Below are positions 37,751-49,550 of a stretch of DNA of 64,000 nt, piece after piece (positions within the stretch are counted from its first letter, which is position 1; each line of letters opens with the position of its first letter). The translations under genes were made by a program, and so were the position numbers. The notes beneath the pieces were generated by a model. The model made no database searches, was not told the origin of the DNA, and was given only the letters and a program-made list of their open reading frames with translations. The DNA comes from Candidatus Kerfeldbacteria bacterium (GTDB lineage: Bacteria; Patescibacteriota; Patescibacteriia; SBBC01; CAIJZX01), in contig CAIJZX010000014.1 of the NCBI GenBank assembly GCA_903825245.1, positions 1,655-65,654 on the forward strand, in the 5' to 3' direction.

Positions 37751-38411
37751 ATTCCACGAGCACTTGCCGTATCACAACTCGAGCTGAACTGTGTTTCTTT
37801 ATTGCAGAAATTTTCAATGTATTAAGTCCGGTGTGTAGGTCAATCGTCAAAGTAAATGAACCAGCTGTCGTTTGCACTGCTTCGTCGTTTATTGTAACGG
37901 TCGCATTAGGGTCGGTTTTTCCGGTAATAGTCATTGTTGTTTGCTTCGTAGCAATATCGCGACTTGGTTGTGTGATGAGCAATTGTGGTGGAAGAAAGTT
38001 TTGTATTACTTGCAAGCCGATATAGGCGAACACCGCAACCAGTATTATTCCAGCCGCAATAAAACGAATGTATTTCCGTCCCCAAGAAAAATCGGTATTC
38101 GCACGAGGTGTGAGTAGTGGCCGTGAGGCTGGTCCAGTTTTTGTGACCACGGCATATTCTTGCTCAAAAATGCCGATCGCCATCGCCACATCGGTTTCTA
38201 ATAATTCAGCATAACGACGAACGAATTGTTTGGCATATACCTGGCCAGGCAAATCACGATACCGCGAGGATTCAATCGCCACTAAATACTTCGGCGAGAT
38301 GTGTAATCGCGAAGCAACATCCTCAATCGTCAATCGGCTTTCGTTTCGAAGTGTTTGGAGGCGATCACCGAGCGTCGCCCCATCAACTAGCGGCCGCTTC
38401 GAGAAGGTCAT
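37749..38411 (-). CDS. RodZ-like helix-turn-helix membrane protein with C-terminal Ig-like domain
   Basis: LGDRLQTLR...YLVAIESSRYRDLPGQVYAKQFVRRYAELL, TM; overlaps the ftsK stop. Confidence 0.85.
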   Translation of the reverse strand: MTFSKRPLVDGATLGDRLQTLRNESRLTIEDVASRLHISPKYLVAIESSRYRDLPGQVYAKQFVRRYAELLETDVAMAIGIFEQEYAVVTKTGPASRPLLTPRANTDFSWGRKYIRFIAAGIILVAVFAYIGLQVIQNFLPPQLLITQPSRDIATKQTTMTITGKTDPNATVTINDEAVQTTAGSFTLTIDLHTGLNTLKISAIKKHSSARVVIRQVLVE

Positions 38412-40729
38412 CCCGTTACGTCGTTGTTATCTTCACTCGGCTCCTCAATAACTTCTTCCGGTTGCGTAGGCGGCACATCATCATCGATTGGCAAATCACG
38501 CGGATCAACCGGCACCCCGGCAGCTGCAGACGTAGAATTAGAACCTGCGTCACGCTCAGTTGAACCTGCGATGGAATCTGTTGAGCCATAAATTTCTCGC
38601 GGTTTTGCGCCCATGCCCGGACCGATAAATCCTTGCTGCTCGAGAAGATCCATAATACGCGCAGCACGCGCATACCCAAGACGTAAATGGCGTTGCAAGA
38701 GCGTCGTCGAGGCTTTTCCGGTTTGCAGAATAATATCTCGCGCCTGACCAAGAAGCTCATCATCACCTAGGTCTTCCAGGCTACCGCCGATTTGTGGCGC
38801 TGGCTTATCGACAATGTCGGTCATGTAATCCGGCTTACCGCGTTGCTTGAGGTATTGCGTGACGCGTTCGACTTCTTTTTCCGAAACGTAGGCACCCTGA
38901 AGTCGCTTTGGTTTTGAGAGTTCAGCTGACATGTAGAGCATGTCACCCTTACCAAGGAGTTTTTCCGCACCCGAGGTATCAAGAATAGTGCGCGAATCAA
39001 TTTGCGAAGCCACACTGAAAGCTGCACGAGCCGTCACGTTAGCTTTTATTAAACCAGTGATGACGTCAACTGATGGTCGTTGGGTCGCTAAGACCAAGTG
39101 AATGCCGACCGCGCGAGCCATTTGCGCTAAACGAACAATCGCCGCTTCAACTTCCTTCGCCGCCACGGTCATTAAATCAGCTAACTCATCAATAATAACC
39201 ACGATGTATGGCATATCGTCGCTCACTTCTTTGCGGTACGAAGAAATATTCCGCTTCCCAGCATTCTGTAATACTTGATAGCGTCGATCCATTTCCGATA
39301 CGACCCAGCGCAAGGCGTTAATGGTCTTCGTGGTGTCGGTAATAACTGGCGTTAGCAAGTGCGGAATATCGTTGTACAGCGATAATTCGACACGCTTCGG
39401 GTCGACAAGAATCAGCTTTAAATCATCCGGCGAATTACTAAAGAGCAAGCTTAAAATTAAACTATTAATTTGCACCGATTTTCCTGAACCGGTTGCACCG
39501 GCGATCAATAAGTGCGGCAACGGTTCGAGATTGGCGACCCATGGTGCACCGGACACATCTTTACCAAGACTGAAGCTCAAATCCGATTTGCGCATGCGGA
39601 ACGCATCGGATGACAAAATCTCGCGGAGATTGACAATAGCCACGCTCTGGTTCGGCACTTCAATACCGACCAGTGACTTGCCCGGAATTGGCGCCTCAAT
39701 ACGAATTGGGTGCGCTGCTAGCGCCAAGGCTAAGTCGTTACTCAGTGAAGCAATTTGTGCTAGACGCACGCCCTCAGCTGGTTTCAGTGTGAACTGCGTA
39801 ACCGTTGGACCAACGTTGACGTCGCCCATTTCAACCGAGATACCAAAAGTTTCTAGCGCCCGTCTGATTTTTTCTTTATTGGCCTCGATGTTACCGCTCG
39901 TTGGTTTGCCGCCCGAAAGATCAAGTAAATCAAATGGGATAACGATGTGCCGTTTCTCCCTCTTCGGTTTCGGCGGTAATGGAACCATTTCTTCTTCGAC
40001 GTGTTCACCGCTAGCGCTTTCCGTTTTTACATCGGAAATTTCCTGTTTGGTAAATTCTGGATCTTGTGCGCCGTTAGCGTCATCAATCACGTCTTGGTCG
40101 TTCGCGTCATGAGCGAGTTTTCGCTGCCACCATCGATTGCGCATCCAAGCCATAAACCACGCCGGGAGATTTGCTTGTTGGCCAAGCCCCTTGAGCGATG
40201 TATTAAACATGATGAGTAAGCCGATCAAGAACAAACCAACCATAATCACGCCGGCGGCAGCCGCGCCAAGGCCCTGGCGCAATGGGTAATCCATCAACAC
40301 GCCGAGATACCCGCCGCCATCGCCGTTGATTGCTCGCGCGACTGAATCGCCGATCGGTAAGAATAACTGCATAATCCCGGCGAGGCTGAATACCGAAATA
40401 CCAAAGCCGATCCACTGCGCGATGGTGATGTGGAATTTTTCCGGAAACAGCAGGTAAATACCGATGACGGCGAGGTAAACCCACAGCACATACCGCTGCC
40501 AGCCGACTAAGGTGCCGAGTCCCCGACCGAGCGCGCCGCCGCCGGTACTAGCGTGGTTAAAGACGCTCAATCCGATAACCGCCGCGGCCAAAAAAAGAAT
40601 GACGATCGTAATCGCCCGACGTGTTTCTGGGGTAAGTTTCGGCATCGGCAATTCAGCTGGTGCGCGCCGTTCCGATTTCTCGTTGCCCCTGGCGCGTGAA
40701 CGCCTGCTGGATCGTGTCGACTGAGCCAT
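38408..40729 (-). CDS. ftsK: DNA translocase FtsK/SpoIIIE
   Basis: N-terminal TMs, HLLIAGATGSGKS, IIDELADLM, LATQRPSVDVITG, gamma domain. Confidence 0.97.
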   Translation of the reverse strand: MAQSTRSSRRSRARGNEKSERRAPAELPMPKLTPETRRAITIVILFLAAAVIGLSVFNHASTGGGALGRGLGTLVGWQRYVLWVYLAVIGIYLLFPEKFHITIAQWIGFGISVFSLAGIMQLFLPIGDSVARAINGDGGGYLGVLMDYPLRQGLGAAAAGVIMVGLFLIGLLIMFNTSLKGLGQQANLPAWFMAWMRNRWWQRKLAHDANDQDVIDDANGAQDPEFTKQEISDVKTESASGEHVEEEMVPLPPKPKREKRHIVIPFDLLDLSGGKPTSGNIEANKEKIRRALETFGISVEMGDVNVGPTVTQFTLKPAEGVRLAQIASLSNDLALALAAHPIRIEAPIPGKSLVGIEVPNQSVAIVNLREILSSDAFRMRKSDLSFSLGKDVSGAPWVANLEPLPHLLIAGATGSGKSVQINSLILSLLFSNSPDDLKLILVDPKRVELSLYNDIPHLLTPVITDTTKTINALRWVVSEMDRRYQVLQNAGKRNISSYRKEVSDDMPYIVVIIDELADLMTVAAKEVEAAIVRLAQMARAVGIHLVLATQRPSVDVITGLIKANVTARAAFSVASQIDSRTILDTSGAEKLLGKGDMLYMSAELSKPKRLQGAYVSEKEVERVTQYLKQRGKPDYMTDIVDKPAPQIGGSLEDLGDDELLGQARDIILQTGKASTTLLQRHLRLGYARAARIMDLLEQQGFIGPGMGAKPREIYGSTDSIAGSTERDAGSNSTSAAAGVPVDPRDLPIDDDVPPTQPEEVIEEPSEDNNDVTG

Positions 40730-40804
40730 AGAAGTGCTAACTATAGCATAAATGCGAAGGTTCGACAACTTCCCGTTAACATACGAACTCTAACCTTATT
40801 TTCC

Positions 40805-43800
40805 TTAATTCACCCAGAAATGCACCACTGGACTCAGCGTCGTATTTCCCGCATAGTCGTATGCTTCTACTTGTAGCGTATGCGATGAGCCCGGGGCAAA
40901 GGCGTTCGTATAAGTTAACTGTAATGTATAAGGTGCGCCAACGTATGTGAAGGGACAGTAGTGAATACTTGGTAACGTACAATCGAAGTAGAACCGCGAA
41001 CTCGCAACACCAACGTTATCTGTGATATTTGCCTTGAATACCGATGGATACGCCGTCGGATTCCCATCCTTGGGAGAGATAATGCTCACTACGGGTGGCG
41101 TTGTGTCTGTTCCACCAAACACCGTAAATGAAACTGAGGCCGAACTTGTTTTTAATCCAGAATTACTTACCGCCACGGCATATCCGGATAGATTAGTCGG
41201 GGTAAGGTAATGTGATACATCAAAAGCCGCAGCATATGGCGCTGTCGTATCGGTTGCGAACGGCGTTGTTTGTCCTTGAAGGTAGAATTCAACTTGCTTA
41301 ATGCCGTCGGGTACACTCGCTGAAGCGGAGAAGTTAAGTACGCCAGCGTAGGGTTGTCCAGCCAGGGGCGATGTAAGGGCAACGGTAGGTGGCGGAAGTG
41401 GGGCCGCGGTGATGTTAACAGTAAGCGACTGACTTTGTTGTCCTCCATCAGTAGCCCAAATCGTTGCGGACTTTGTCTTCCCAAGATCTGCGGCGGTCGG
41501 CGTCCACGTCAAGGTAGCGCTCGTCGAATTAAAGGTTACCCCGGATGGTAAAGCGGTTGCCACATATGTCACGGCAGTTCCATCCGGATCTGTTGCGTGG
41601 ACTTGAACAGAAAAAGGTATGCCGACGTATGCCGTCTGACTTGGTGTTGTATCGAAAACCGGTGGCGGGTTTGCCGATGGCGTGGTGAAGTTCATCACTT
41701 TCATATTTTGACACCAGTAGTTTGCTGTGCCATTACCGTAGCCTGTCCATATAGTCCCGTACATATTATACGTATATGTCGTGTTGGGAGCGACGAGAAA
41801 TGTCACCACCGGCGTCATACCAGAAAACGTTATGGCTGGATTGAGAAGTTGATCGCTGGAAGTTGTACATTTGCCATCGCTTGTACAAGAGCGGACACGA
41901 AAATGTTTTAATTTACCATTAACCGCCGAGTTGTTAATTTCAACTTGATGACCCTTCTCTTGATAAGATGCATGCTGTGTATAGCCATAATTTGTATCTA
42001 GACCATATTCAACTGTTGTATCTGAATTGATGTCGGTCGACCAATTCACCCGACCTTCATAACTAAGACCTGGCGCGGCAGGCATCCATGAAATACCCGA
42101 TATTACTGGAGCACCGAGAGTTGAGGATTCTGACTGAGAGTACCAAGGCAGTAAAACTGCATATCCCGTCGTTTGTTTCGCATCGCAAGACCATGCAACC
42201 GTCGCTTTGTCCCCTGTGAAGAATACTCGTGGAGCTGGCGGGCTTTGCATGCCGGGTGTAGTAATTTCCAAAATTGTACTTTGTGTGCACAATTGATTCT
42301 GAGCAGGTATTGTTGTGTTACAGGACATTATTCTAGTCAAATAGGTTGTACTCGGACTTACGGGAAGTATCATGGAATGGTGTGTTACCGCTCCGGCAGG
42401 ATCTGGGTAAGTATAAGTGCCCATCCCCGGAACCGTTAAATAACTAGTACCAACAGACGGAATATCTGTATCCCAACTCACTTGCACCGCATATGGCCAT
42501 TGGTCCAAAATAAGTTTTACGGCATAATTTGATAGTGCTGGAGGCGGAGGAAGCGCTGGGGTGGTTATTATTTGGTCACTCGTTGAGGAACAGGTTTTCG
42601 GACTACCAGTCGTACATGAGGTTAATTTATAGTGGTACGTGGTGCCGGGTTCTGTCGCGAAGTCCCACCTATGCGACGTCAGCGACTCACTAACATAATA
42701 CGTTGTGCCATACTCGGTTGTGGTTCCGAGGTCAATTTGTTTGTCGGCTGGCCTACTCGTTGTCCAAGTGACCCCTGAATAAGTAAGTGTTGTGTATGAG
42801 GTAATTGCAGAAATTGCCAAGGCTGACTGATTATTAAATGCGATTGGGATTGCCTTGGTGCTAGTGAGACCACCGGGGTCTACAACCATAAACTCCGGAG
42901 CATAAATACCGCTTGCTTGTGTCGCATCTGGCGTCCAGGAAAATGTTTTGTTCGTTGCATTATAGGTCGAGCCAACAGGTTTACTGCTTTCCACAACACT
43001 AATGGTTAAGTCCGAGGCAGCAGTGTTTGCGTCTGAAGCGGTAACGGTAAACGTCGCGGTACTGCCATAGTTTATTCGTGGCGGATCGACATGATTAATA
43101 TATGGCACGCCAAATTGGAGAACCGTAATAATCGGACTTGTGTTATCGGTTTCAAACGGTTCCGAATAACGGTTATCAGGGTCCATCACAATTTTTACAT
43201 GAGTTGGCATGGTTATTCCGGAAGGAACGGTAACAGTATCGACGAGTGAACCACCAGAACCGCCATTCAAGTAATACACAAATCCGTTGTACACCGTGGT
43301 GTTGGTATCTGTGTTGATAATACGATATGGCACATTCTTCGCGCTCGTCCAACCAGCATTATCGACCCACAAATCCAAACCGAGTTTATTGCTCCCTTTA
43401 TCCACCACGGGCTGGCTTCCCGCCATCGCAGCAAATGATGTAAACGAGAAATCTGGTCGACGGTCGAAGGCTTGTTTCACTGCTGCTTGGGCATTGACTA
43501 GGCCGTAGCCGGAATATTGGTTCCACGTTCCGGGGAAGTTTTGCAGCACACCGCTCTCGTCAGTCACATCATGCATTGTTGTGGCGGTTGTTTCCAAAAT
43601 TTGCTTTATATCGTATAGACTTAACGCCGGGTTGACGGATTTTATGAGACCAACGATACCGCTGACAATTGGCGCTGCAAAGCTTGTTCCTTCATCATAG
43701 AAAAAGTATTGATTGCTCCCAGTACCACTCAAGTTTTGCACCGCTCCGCAAGTATCATGATAATAGATTGGCTCAATACACTTTGTTACATCGTCAAGAA

Positions 43801-45451
43801 GTGGTCGTTGATCGTATGATAAAGTTGATGAATAACTTCGCGCAGCAACTCCTAAGATGTCTGCACTCGGTGCCATAATGTCAATTTGTGACCCATAATT
43901 TGAACCTTTCTTTTGCCCCAAAAAATTTGTATACAACCAACGCCCTTTGTCCGGCTGCACACCACCAACAAGAATAACGTTTTCATTCGTTTGTGGCTGT
44001 AGACCTGAACCATCTAGCTGAATATCGTCATTACCAGTCGCTGTGACAAGTGCCGTACCCGCCGCAGCACTATCTTCGAGAGCTACGCTGATGAGGTAGT
44101 TGTCCGATTGTTGACTATACCAGCTCATGTTTATCACATCTGCGCCATTGTTGGTTGCATATCGAATAGCGGCTGCAAGTGTTGTCGACGTATTCACCAC
44201 ACCGTCACTATTCTGTGCCACAACTGGCATCAACGTACAATTTGGACATATACCAGCCATTCCATATGGCTGCACGGTGTCGGTGTTTGCAACAGCAACA
44301 CTCGCCACAATACTTCCGTGGTGAGTCGTATCAGTGGGACCCTGAGTTGGATTATTTTGTAGACTGTTCGTGGCGGTGGCGTAGTCGAAATTCATGCCAT
44401 TGATATCATCAATGTACCCATTGCCATCGTTATCTTTTCCATCGACATCGCCGCCAATGTTAACTGATTTTCCATAGCAATCTAGGTGCGTTGAAAAATC
44501 GGTGCTCGGCCAATAATCCGCACAACCATTATGGTTGATATCTTCTAGGCTATTGAGCCAGATTCTATTCTGAAATTCAGGATGAGAATAGTCTATCCCC
44601 GAATCAACAATGGCAATGATTGTTGCTGGACTACCTTTGGTAATCGCCCAAGCCGACTGAACATTTACAGCACTAAGGTCCCACTGGTTGGGCACGGCGC
44701 TATTTTCGCCCGTACTATCATCAAGGTACCCAATAGTACACGAATACGGATCATTCGGATTGGTACAACCGGTGGCTGTTGCACCGCTTTCGCCACCGCC
44801 AGTTTCCCCTCCGGCTACCGGAGCTGTCGTTTTTACAGAGTCAAGCGTAGAAAAGCCATTGGCGCTCGCCGATTCCACATTTCCCTTATCAGACTTCAAT
44901 TGTTGCACCATCTGCGCCACATCCGCATCCACTTCGGTTGTTGTTAAGACGTACCACTGTCCCATCCCGAGCTTGTCGTAAGTCACGTTCGGATCCTTAG
45001 CATCTTTCCTGGCAAGGATCTTATTCTTGACGTCATCAGCAATTATTACCTTTGGAAAGACTTGTTGGATGTTCTTTTGGTGTAGAGTGAGAGTTTGTTG
45101 GGTGAAGCTCTTGGGGATAGCTTTGACTGACGTATCCGAACTCGGTACCAGTTTTCCGGTTTTTGTATTTTTATAAACCGTTTGCTTTTTTGTTAGCAGT
45201 TTTGAAACAACTTCCGTCGGATTTTTTCCCGCCTTTATCTTAAAAACAACCTGCGCAGGAGCGTAGGTACCAGCGGTAAGGGGTTGAAGTGGTGGAAGTA
45301 CCTGTTGGTTCATAGCGCTCGGCAAAAGAATCGCAGCAAACGCTAAAACAGCGGCACCAGCCGTTAGGCTGATGATACTAAGCGCTCGACGTGTGCCGAG
45401 ACGTTCGGATATTTTTTCACGCAGGGTTGCCACTTGTTCGGTTGCTTTCAT
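40805..45451 (-). CDS. Large surface S8 (subtilisin-like) serine peptidase with Ig/FN3-like domains
   Basis: Triad IAIVDSG / HHGSIVA / GTSFAAP; DNDGNGYIDD loop; C-terminal beta-sandwich repeats. Confidence 0.9.
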   Translation of the reverse strand: MKATEQVATLREKISERLGTRRALSIISLTAGAAVLAFAAILLPSAMNQQVLPPLQPLTAGTYAPAQVVFKIKAGKNPTEVVSKLLTKKQTVYKNTKTGKLVPSSDTSVKAIPKSFTQQTLTLHQKNIQQVFPKVIIADDVKNKILARKDAKDPNVTYDKLGMGQWYVLTTTEVDADVAQMVQQLKSDKGNVESASANGFSTLDSVKTTAPVAGGETGGGESGATATGCTNPNDPYSCTIGYLDDSTGENSAVPNQWDLSAVNVQSAWAITKGSPATIIAIVDSGIDYSHPEFQNRIWLNSLEDINHNGCADYWPSTDFSTHLDCYGKSVNIGGDVDGKDNDGNGYIDDINGMNFDYATATNSLQNNPTQGPTDTTHHGSIVASVAVANTDTVQPYGMAGICPNCTLMPVVAQNSDGVVNTSTTLAAAIRYATNNGADVINMSWYSQQSDNYLISVALEDSAAAGTALVTATGNDDIQLDGSGLQPQTNENVILVGGVQPDKGRWLYTNFLGQKKGSNYGSQIDIMAPSADILGVAARSYSSTLSYDQRPLLDDVTKCIEPIYYHDTCGAVQNLSGTGSNQYFFYDEGTSFAAPIVSGIVGLIKSVNPALSLYDIKQILETTATTMHDVTDESGVLQNFPGTWNQYSGYGLVNAQAAVKQAFDRRPDFSFTSFAAMAGSQPVVDKGSNKLGLDLWVDNAGWTSAKNVPYRIINTDTNTTVYNGFVYYLNGGSGGSLVDTVTVPSGITMPTHVKIVMDPDNRYSEPFETDNTSPIITVLQFGVPYINHVDPPRINYGSTATFTVTASDANTAASDLTISVVESSKPVGSTYNATNKTFSWTPDATQASGIYAPEFMVVDPGGLTSTKAIPIAFNNQSALAISAITSYTTLTYSGVTWTTSRPADKQIDLGTTTEYGTTYYVSESLTSHRWDFATEPGTTYHYKLTSCTTGSPKTCSSTSDQIITTPALPPPPALSNYAVKLILDQWPYAVQVSWDTDIPSVGTSYLTVPGMGTYTYPDPAGAVTHHSMILPVSPSTTYLTRIMSCNTTIPAQNQLCTQSTILEITTPGMQSPPAPRVFFTGDKATVAWSCDAKQTTGYAVLLPWYSQSESSTLGAPVISGISWMPAAPGLSYEGRVNWSTDINSDTTVEYGLDTNYGYTQHASYQEKGHQVEINNSAVNGKLKHFRVRSCTSDGKCTTSSDQLLNPAITFSGMTPVVTFLVAPNTTYTYNMYGTIWTGYGNGTANYWCQNMKVMNFTTPSANPPPVFDTTPSQTAYVGIPFSVQVHATDPDGTAVTYVATALPSGVTFNSTSATLTWTPTAADLGKTKSATIWATDGGQQSQSLTVNITAAPLPPPTVALTSPLAGQPYAGVLNFSASASVPDGIKQVEFYLQGQTTPFATDTTAPYAAAFDVSHYLTPTNLSGYAVAVSNSGLKTSSASVSFTVFGGTDTTPPVVSIISPKDGNPTAYPSVFKANITDNVGVASSRFYFDCTLPSIHYCPFTYVGAPYTLQLTYTNAFAPGSSHTLQVEAYDYAGNTTLSPVVHFWVN

Positions 45452-45494
45452 CCTTGTTGTGGGTTTCGACGAAAATACTTTTATTTCTCAGAGT

Positions 45495-45523
45495 ATTATA
45501 TCAAAAAAAGTTGTGTTTGTCAA
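45495..45523 (-). promoter_or_regulatory. Consensus sigma70 promoter of the S8 peptidase
   Basis: TTGACA-17nt-TATAAT on the minus strand. Confidence 0.8.
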
Positions 45524-45662
45524 TGTTTTATATATACAAATACTCCCATGGAAGTTCCATGGGAATACATGTTTCTTCAGTCTGAGCGTCGTGTCCTCAC
45601 CAGGGCACCTGCTCCTCCTCTGGTTAGGAGGAGCCCGGAGCTATGCTCCGGAAAAGGTGGTC

Positions 45663-48600
45663 TTACGCCGCCGCTTCAGCGAGAAGTTCTTCTGCTTCCA
45701 TTCGTCGTTGATGTGATTCGAATCCGGTACCGGCTGGGATGAGTTTTCCGATAATCACGTTTTCTTTCAACCCGCGGAGCGGGTCTATCTTCCCCGAGAC
45801 CGCGGCGTCAATCAGCACGCGCGCAGTTTCTTGGAACGACGCAGCTGAGAGCCAGCTTTCCGTCGAGAGCGATGACTTCGTGACGCCGAGCAGGAGCGAT
45901 TCGATTTCCGGCGGAGCTTTCTTCGCTTTCTTCATCTTGACCATAATGTCCTCAGCCACTGCGCGGTCAACGATTTCACCGACCACCAGGTTGCTGTCGC
46001 CGGCCGACTTGATGTAGGCGCGGGAGAACATTTGGCGAACAATGATTTCGATGTGTTTATCGTTCAGGTATTGGCCTTGCGAGGAGTAGATGAATTGGAT
46101 TTCCTTGATGATATACTTCTGCACCGCTTGTCGGCTCTGCAGGGCGTACAGTTCATGCAAGTTGATCGAACCGTCGGTCAATATTGCGCCTTCATCGACC
46201 AGATCGCCTTGCTTCACGCGGAGCGACGAGTTGCCGATCAGTTCCAAATCGGTCGATGTTTCGTGTTCGAATTCGACGTAGAGTGCCGTCGGCGCCATTT
46301 TCACTTTGCCGTCGCGTTCAGCGGTAATATTCTTCTCGCCGATCGTCATCAGGAGATCGCCAGCTTTGACCGCTTCGCCGTCCTTGACCTTGATATCCGC
46401 TTTAGCCTTGGCCCGTGCTTTCGGCAGATCATAACGGTCACTGCCAGTGGCTTGGTGCATAATCTTGATCAGCTTCTGTTCACCGGTTGTATCAATGCTG
46501 ATGCGGCCAGCAACGGTCGCTAAAAGCGCCGGAGATTTCACAGGACGCGCTTCGAAGAGTTCTTCGACTCGTGGTAAACCTTGGGTGATATCGTCGCCGC
46601 CAGCCACACCGCCAGTGTGGAAGGTTCGCATCGTCAGTTGAGTACCAGGTTCGCCGATGGACTGAGCGGCGATTATACCGACCGCTGTTCCGATCGCCAC
46701 CATATCATTACGCGCCAAGTCGTAGCCATAACACGACCGACAGACGCCGCGCGCGGCTTTACAAGAGAGCACCGAACGAATCGTGGCTTCGGTAATCGTC
46801 GACTTCTTCAGTTTTTCCGTCATCTTCGCCGTTACAATTTCACCGCTCTTTACGAGCACCTTACCCTTCGTGTCGACAAGATCAGCCGCCATTACTCGGC
46901 CGGTGATTCGGGCTAACAGTTCATAGCCCATGTCTTCGCTTTCCTGTTGAGTAATAGTGTGTCCGATGGTGTCGCCACAATTTTCGTGGTTGATAACCAC
47001 GTCTTGCGAGACATCGACTAATCGACGCGTGAGGTAACCAGCATTCGCTGTTTTCAACGCCGTGTCAGTCAACCCTTTACGAGCACCGTGGGTCGAGATG
47101 AAATATTCAAGAACATCGAAGCCTTCTTTGAAGCTTGCTTTGACTGGCAACTCCATGGTTCGGCCTGACGGGCTGGCCACTAAACCTTTCATACCCATCA
47201 TCTGTGTCGTTTGGGCCCACGAGCCTCGAGCTTTCGAGTTAATCATCATGTAGACTGAGCCCAGTTTATTCAGTGCCGCCTTCGATGCGGCTTGAACTTC
47301 TTCTTTGGCCGCCGTCCAGGTAGTGATAACACGAACGTAACGCTCAGCTTCGGTCAATAAACCAGCATCAAACGCTTCTTGAATTTCTTCGATGTGTTTA
47401 TTCGCGGTGGCGATGATTTGCGGCTTCTCTTTCGGTACTTCCAAGTCGCTCATGCCCCAGGAAATTCCTGATTGGGTCACGTACTTGAAACCGAAATTTT
47501 TCACAGCATCGAGAAGCTCAACGGTACGATCTTGTCCTAATTCAACAAACGATCGGGAGACAAGCGATGACAACGCACCTTTGTCCATACTTTCGTTCAT
47601 GTAACCGAATTCTTTCGGCACTAACCGATTGAAAAGGACACGGCCGACGGTGGTTTCGATAAGTTCGTGATCGATGCGAATTTTGACCTTGGTTTGAACA
47701 CCAATATATCCAGATTCATAAGCGAGCGTCGCTTCGTCGGTGCTAGCAAAAACATAGTCCTTGCTGTCAGCAACTTGCGTCATGTAGTAGCAGCCCAACA
47801 CAATGTCCATGTTCGGCGTGACGACTGGCGTACCCGTCGCTGGTTTCAGTAAGTTCTTCGTTGACATCATCAGGTTTTCCGCTTCCCACTTTGCTTGCTC
47901 CGTTAACGGTACGTGGACGGCCATCTGGTCGCCGTCGAAGTCAGCGTTGAATGCCGAACAAACCAATGGGTGAACCTGAATAGCTTTACCTTCAATCAAG
48001 ATTGGGTGGAAAGCCTGAATACCGAGGCGGTGCAACGTAGGGGCGCGGTTGAGGAATACGGTTGCGCCTTTGGTCACTTCTTCAAGAATATCCCACACCT
48101 CGGCATGACCGGCCTCGATATACCGACCAGCAGAGCGAACATTGTGAACGTACTCGCGCTTGATGAGTTGAGAAATAACGAATGGTCGGAATAATTCTAA
48201 TGCCATGCGCTTCGGCAAACCGCACTGGTCAAGTTTCAAGTACGAACCGATAACAATAACTGAGCGGCCAGAGTAGTCGACGCGCTTACCGAGCAAGTTC
48301 TGACGGAAACGACCTTGTTTCCCTTTCAACATGTCGGCAATCGAACGAAGCATACGCTTCTGCCCGGTTGAAGCGGTCACGGTTTTTCCATGACGAGCAC
48401 CATTGTCGATCAAGGCATCAACCGCTTCCTGCAACATGCGCTTTTCATTGCGGACGATGACCTCTGGCGCGTTCAATTCGAGTAAGCGCTTCAAACGATT
48501 ATTACGGTTGATGACGCGGCGATAAAGGTCGTTCAAATCGGAGGTGGCGAATCGTCCACCGTCGAGTTGCACCATCGGACGTAGATCCGGCGGAATAATC

Positions 48601-49538
48601 GGAAGCACGGTCATCACCATCCACTCCGGTCGAATGTTGTTGGCTTTCAAATTCTTGGCTAAACGTAAGCGACGAACAACGCGACGCTGTTTTGATTCAG
48701 TGACATCAATAACTTCCGCTTCCAAGCGCTGAATGAGAACGTCGAGATCCATTTTCGCCAGCAGACCGTGAATTCCTTCAGCACCAATGGACGCTTCAAA
48801 AACATGTCCGTACTTCAGTGACAGATCTTGATACGCCTGCTCGGTTAAAATTTGTAGTGGCGCCAGACTCTTCAATTCCTTGCGGGCGGTATCAACAGCC
48901 TCATCAAGGAGTTCGAGTTTTTCAATTTTCGCTAAGCCAAGATTCTGGATATCAACTTCCAATTTGGCTTTCGATTTTTCATCCGTCGCGGCCAATTGCT
49001 GTTGCTTCAGTTGGTTTGATTGCTGCTGAGCTTCGGCGTCAATCTGTTTCTTCTTGGAGGTAAATTCCCCATCCAATTGATTGAGTGTTTCGGCGCGCAA
49101 CGTATCATTAACCGAGGTAATGATAAAGTTGGCAAAATAAATAACTTTTTCTAAGTCTTGGACGCCCATGTCGAGCATTAAGCCGATTTTCGACGGTACA
49201 CCGCGGAGGAACCAGATGTGCGAGACCGGCGTAGCCAGGTTGATATGACCCATGCGTTCGCGGCGAACCACGGAACGCGTGACTTCAACACCGCACTTGT
49301 CGCAAACAATGCCTTTATAGCGGATGCGCTTGTACTTCCCGCAGAAACATTCCCAATCTTTGGATGGTCCGAAAATTTCTTCGGCAAACAATCCAGACTT
49401 TTCCGGTTTTTGCGTGCGGTAATTAATCGTTTCCGGCTTGGTGACTTCGCCGAATGACCAGCGATGAATATCTTCAGGTGACGCCACCTTCAATCGGATG
49501 GCTTTGAAATCGACGGCGTGAGCTTCTTCGTATGGCAT
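45663..49538 (-). CDS. rpoC: RNA polymerase beta' subunit
   Basis: [39 protein letters not shown]. Confidence 0.99.
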   Translation of the reverse strand: MPYEEAHAVDFKAIRLKVASPEDIHRWSFGEVTKPETINYRTQKPEKSGLFAEEIFGPSKDWECFCGKYKRIRYKGIVCDKCGVEVTRSVVRRERMGHINLATPVSHIWFLRGVPSKIGLMLDMGVQDLEKVIYFANFIITSVNDTLRAETLNQLDGEFTSKKKQIDAEAQQQSNQLKQQQLAATDEKSKAKLEVDIQNLGLAKIEKLELLDEAVDTARKELKSLAPLQILTEQAYQDLSLKYGHVFEASIGAEGIHGLLAKMDLDVLIQRLEAEVIDVTESKQRRVVRRLRLAKNLKANNIRPEWMVMTVLPIIPPDLRPMVQLDGGRFATSDLNDLYRRVINRNNRLKRLLELNAPEVIVRNEKRMLQEAVDALIDNGARHGKTVTASTGQKRMLRSIADMLKGKQGRFRQNLLGKRVDYSGRSVIVIGSYLKLDQCGLPKRMALELFRPFVISQLIKREYVHNVRSAGRYIEAGHAEVWDILEEVTKGATVFLNRAPTLHRLGIQAFHPILIEGKAIQVHPLVCSAFNADFDGDQMAVHVPLTEQAKWEAENLMMSTKNLLKPATGTPVVTPNMDIVLGCYYMTQVADSKDYVFASTDEATLAYESGYIGVQTKVKIRIDHELIETTVGRVLFNRLVPKEFGYMNESMDKGALSSLVSRSFVELGQDRTVELLDAVKNFGFKYVTQSGISWGMSDLEVPKEKPQIIATANKHIEEIQEAFDAGLLTEAERYVRVITTWTAAKEEVQAASKAALNKLGSVYMMINSKARGSWAQTTQMMGMKGLVASPSGRTMELPVKASFKEGFDVLEYFISTHGARKGLTDTALKTANAGYLTRRLVDVSQDVVINHENCGDTIGHTITQQESEDMGYELLARITGRVMAADLVDTKGKVLVKSGEIVTAKMTEKLKKSTITEATIRSVLSCKAARGVCRSCYGYDLARNDMVAIGTAVGIIAAQSIGEPGTQLTMRTFHTGGVAGGDDITQGLPRVEELFEARPVKSPALLATVAGRISIDTTGEQKLIKIMHQATGSDRYDLPKARAKAKADIKVKDGEAVKAGDLLMTIGEKNITAERDGKVKMAPTALYVEFEHETSTDLELIGNSSLRVKQGDLVDEGAILTDGSINLHELYALQSRQAVQKYIIKEIQFIYSSQGQYLNDKHIEIIVRQMFSRAYIKSAGDSNLVVGEIVDRAVAEDIMVKMKKAKKAPPEIESLLLGVTKSSLSTESWLSAASFQETARVLIDAAVSGKIDPLRGLKENVIIGKLIPAGTGFESHQRRMEAEELLAEAAA

Positions 49539-49550
49539 AGGAGTGGTGGG

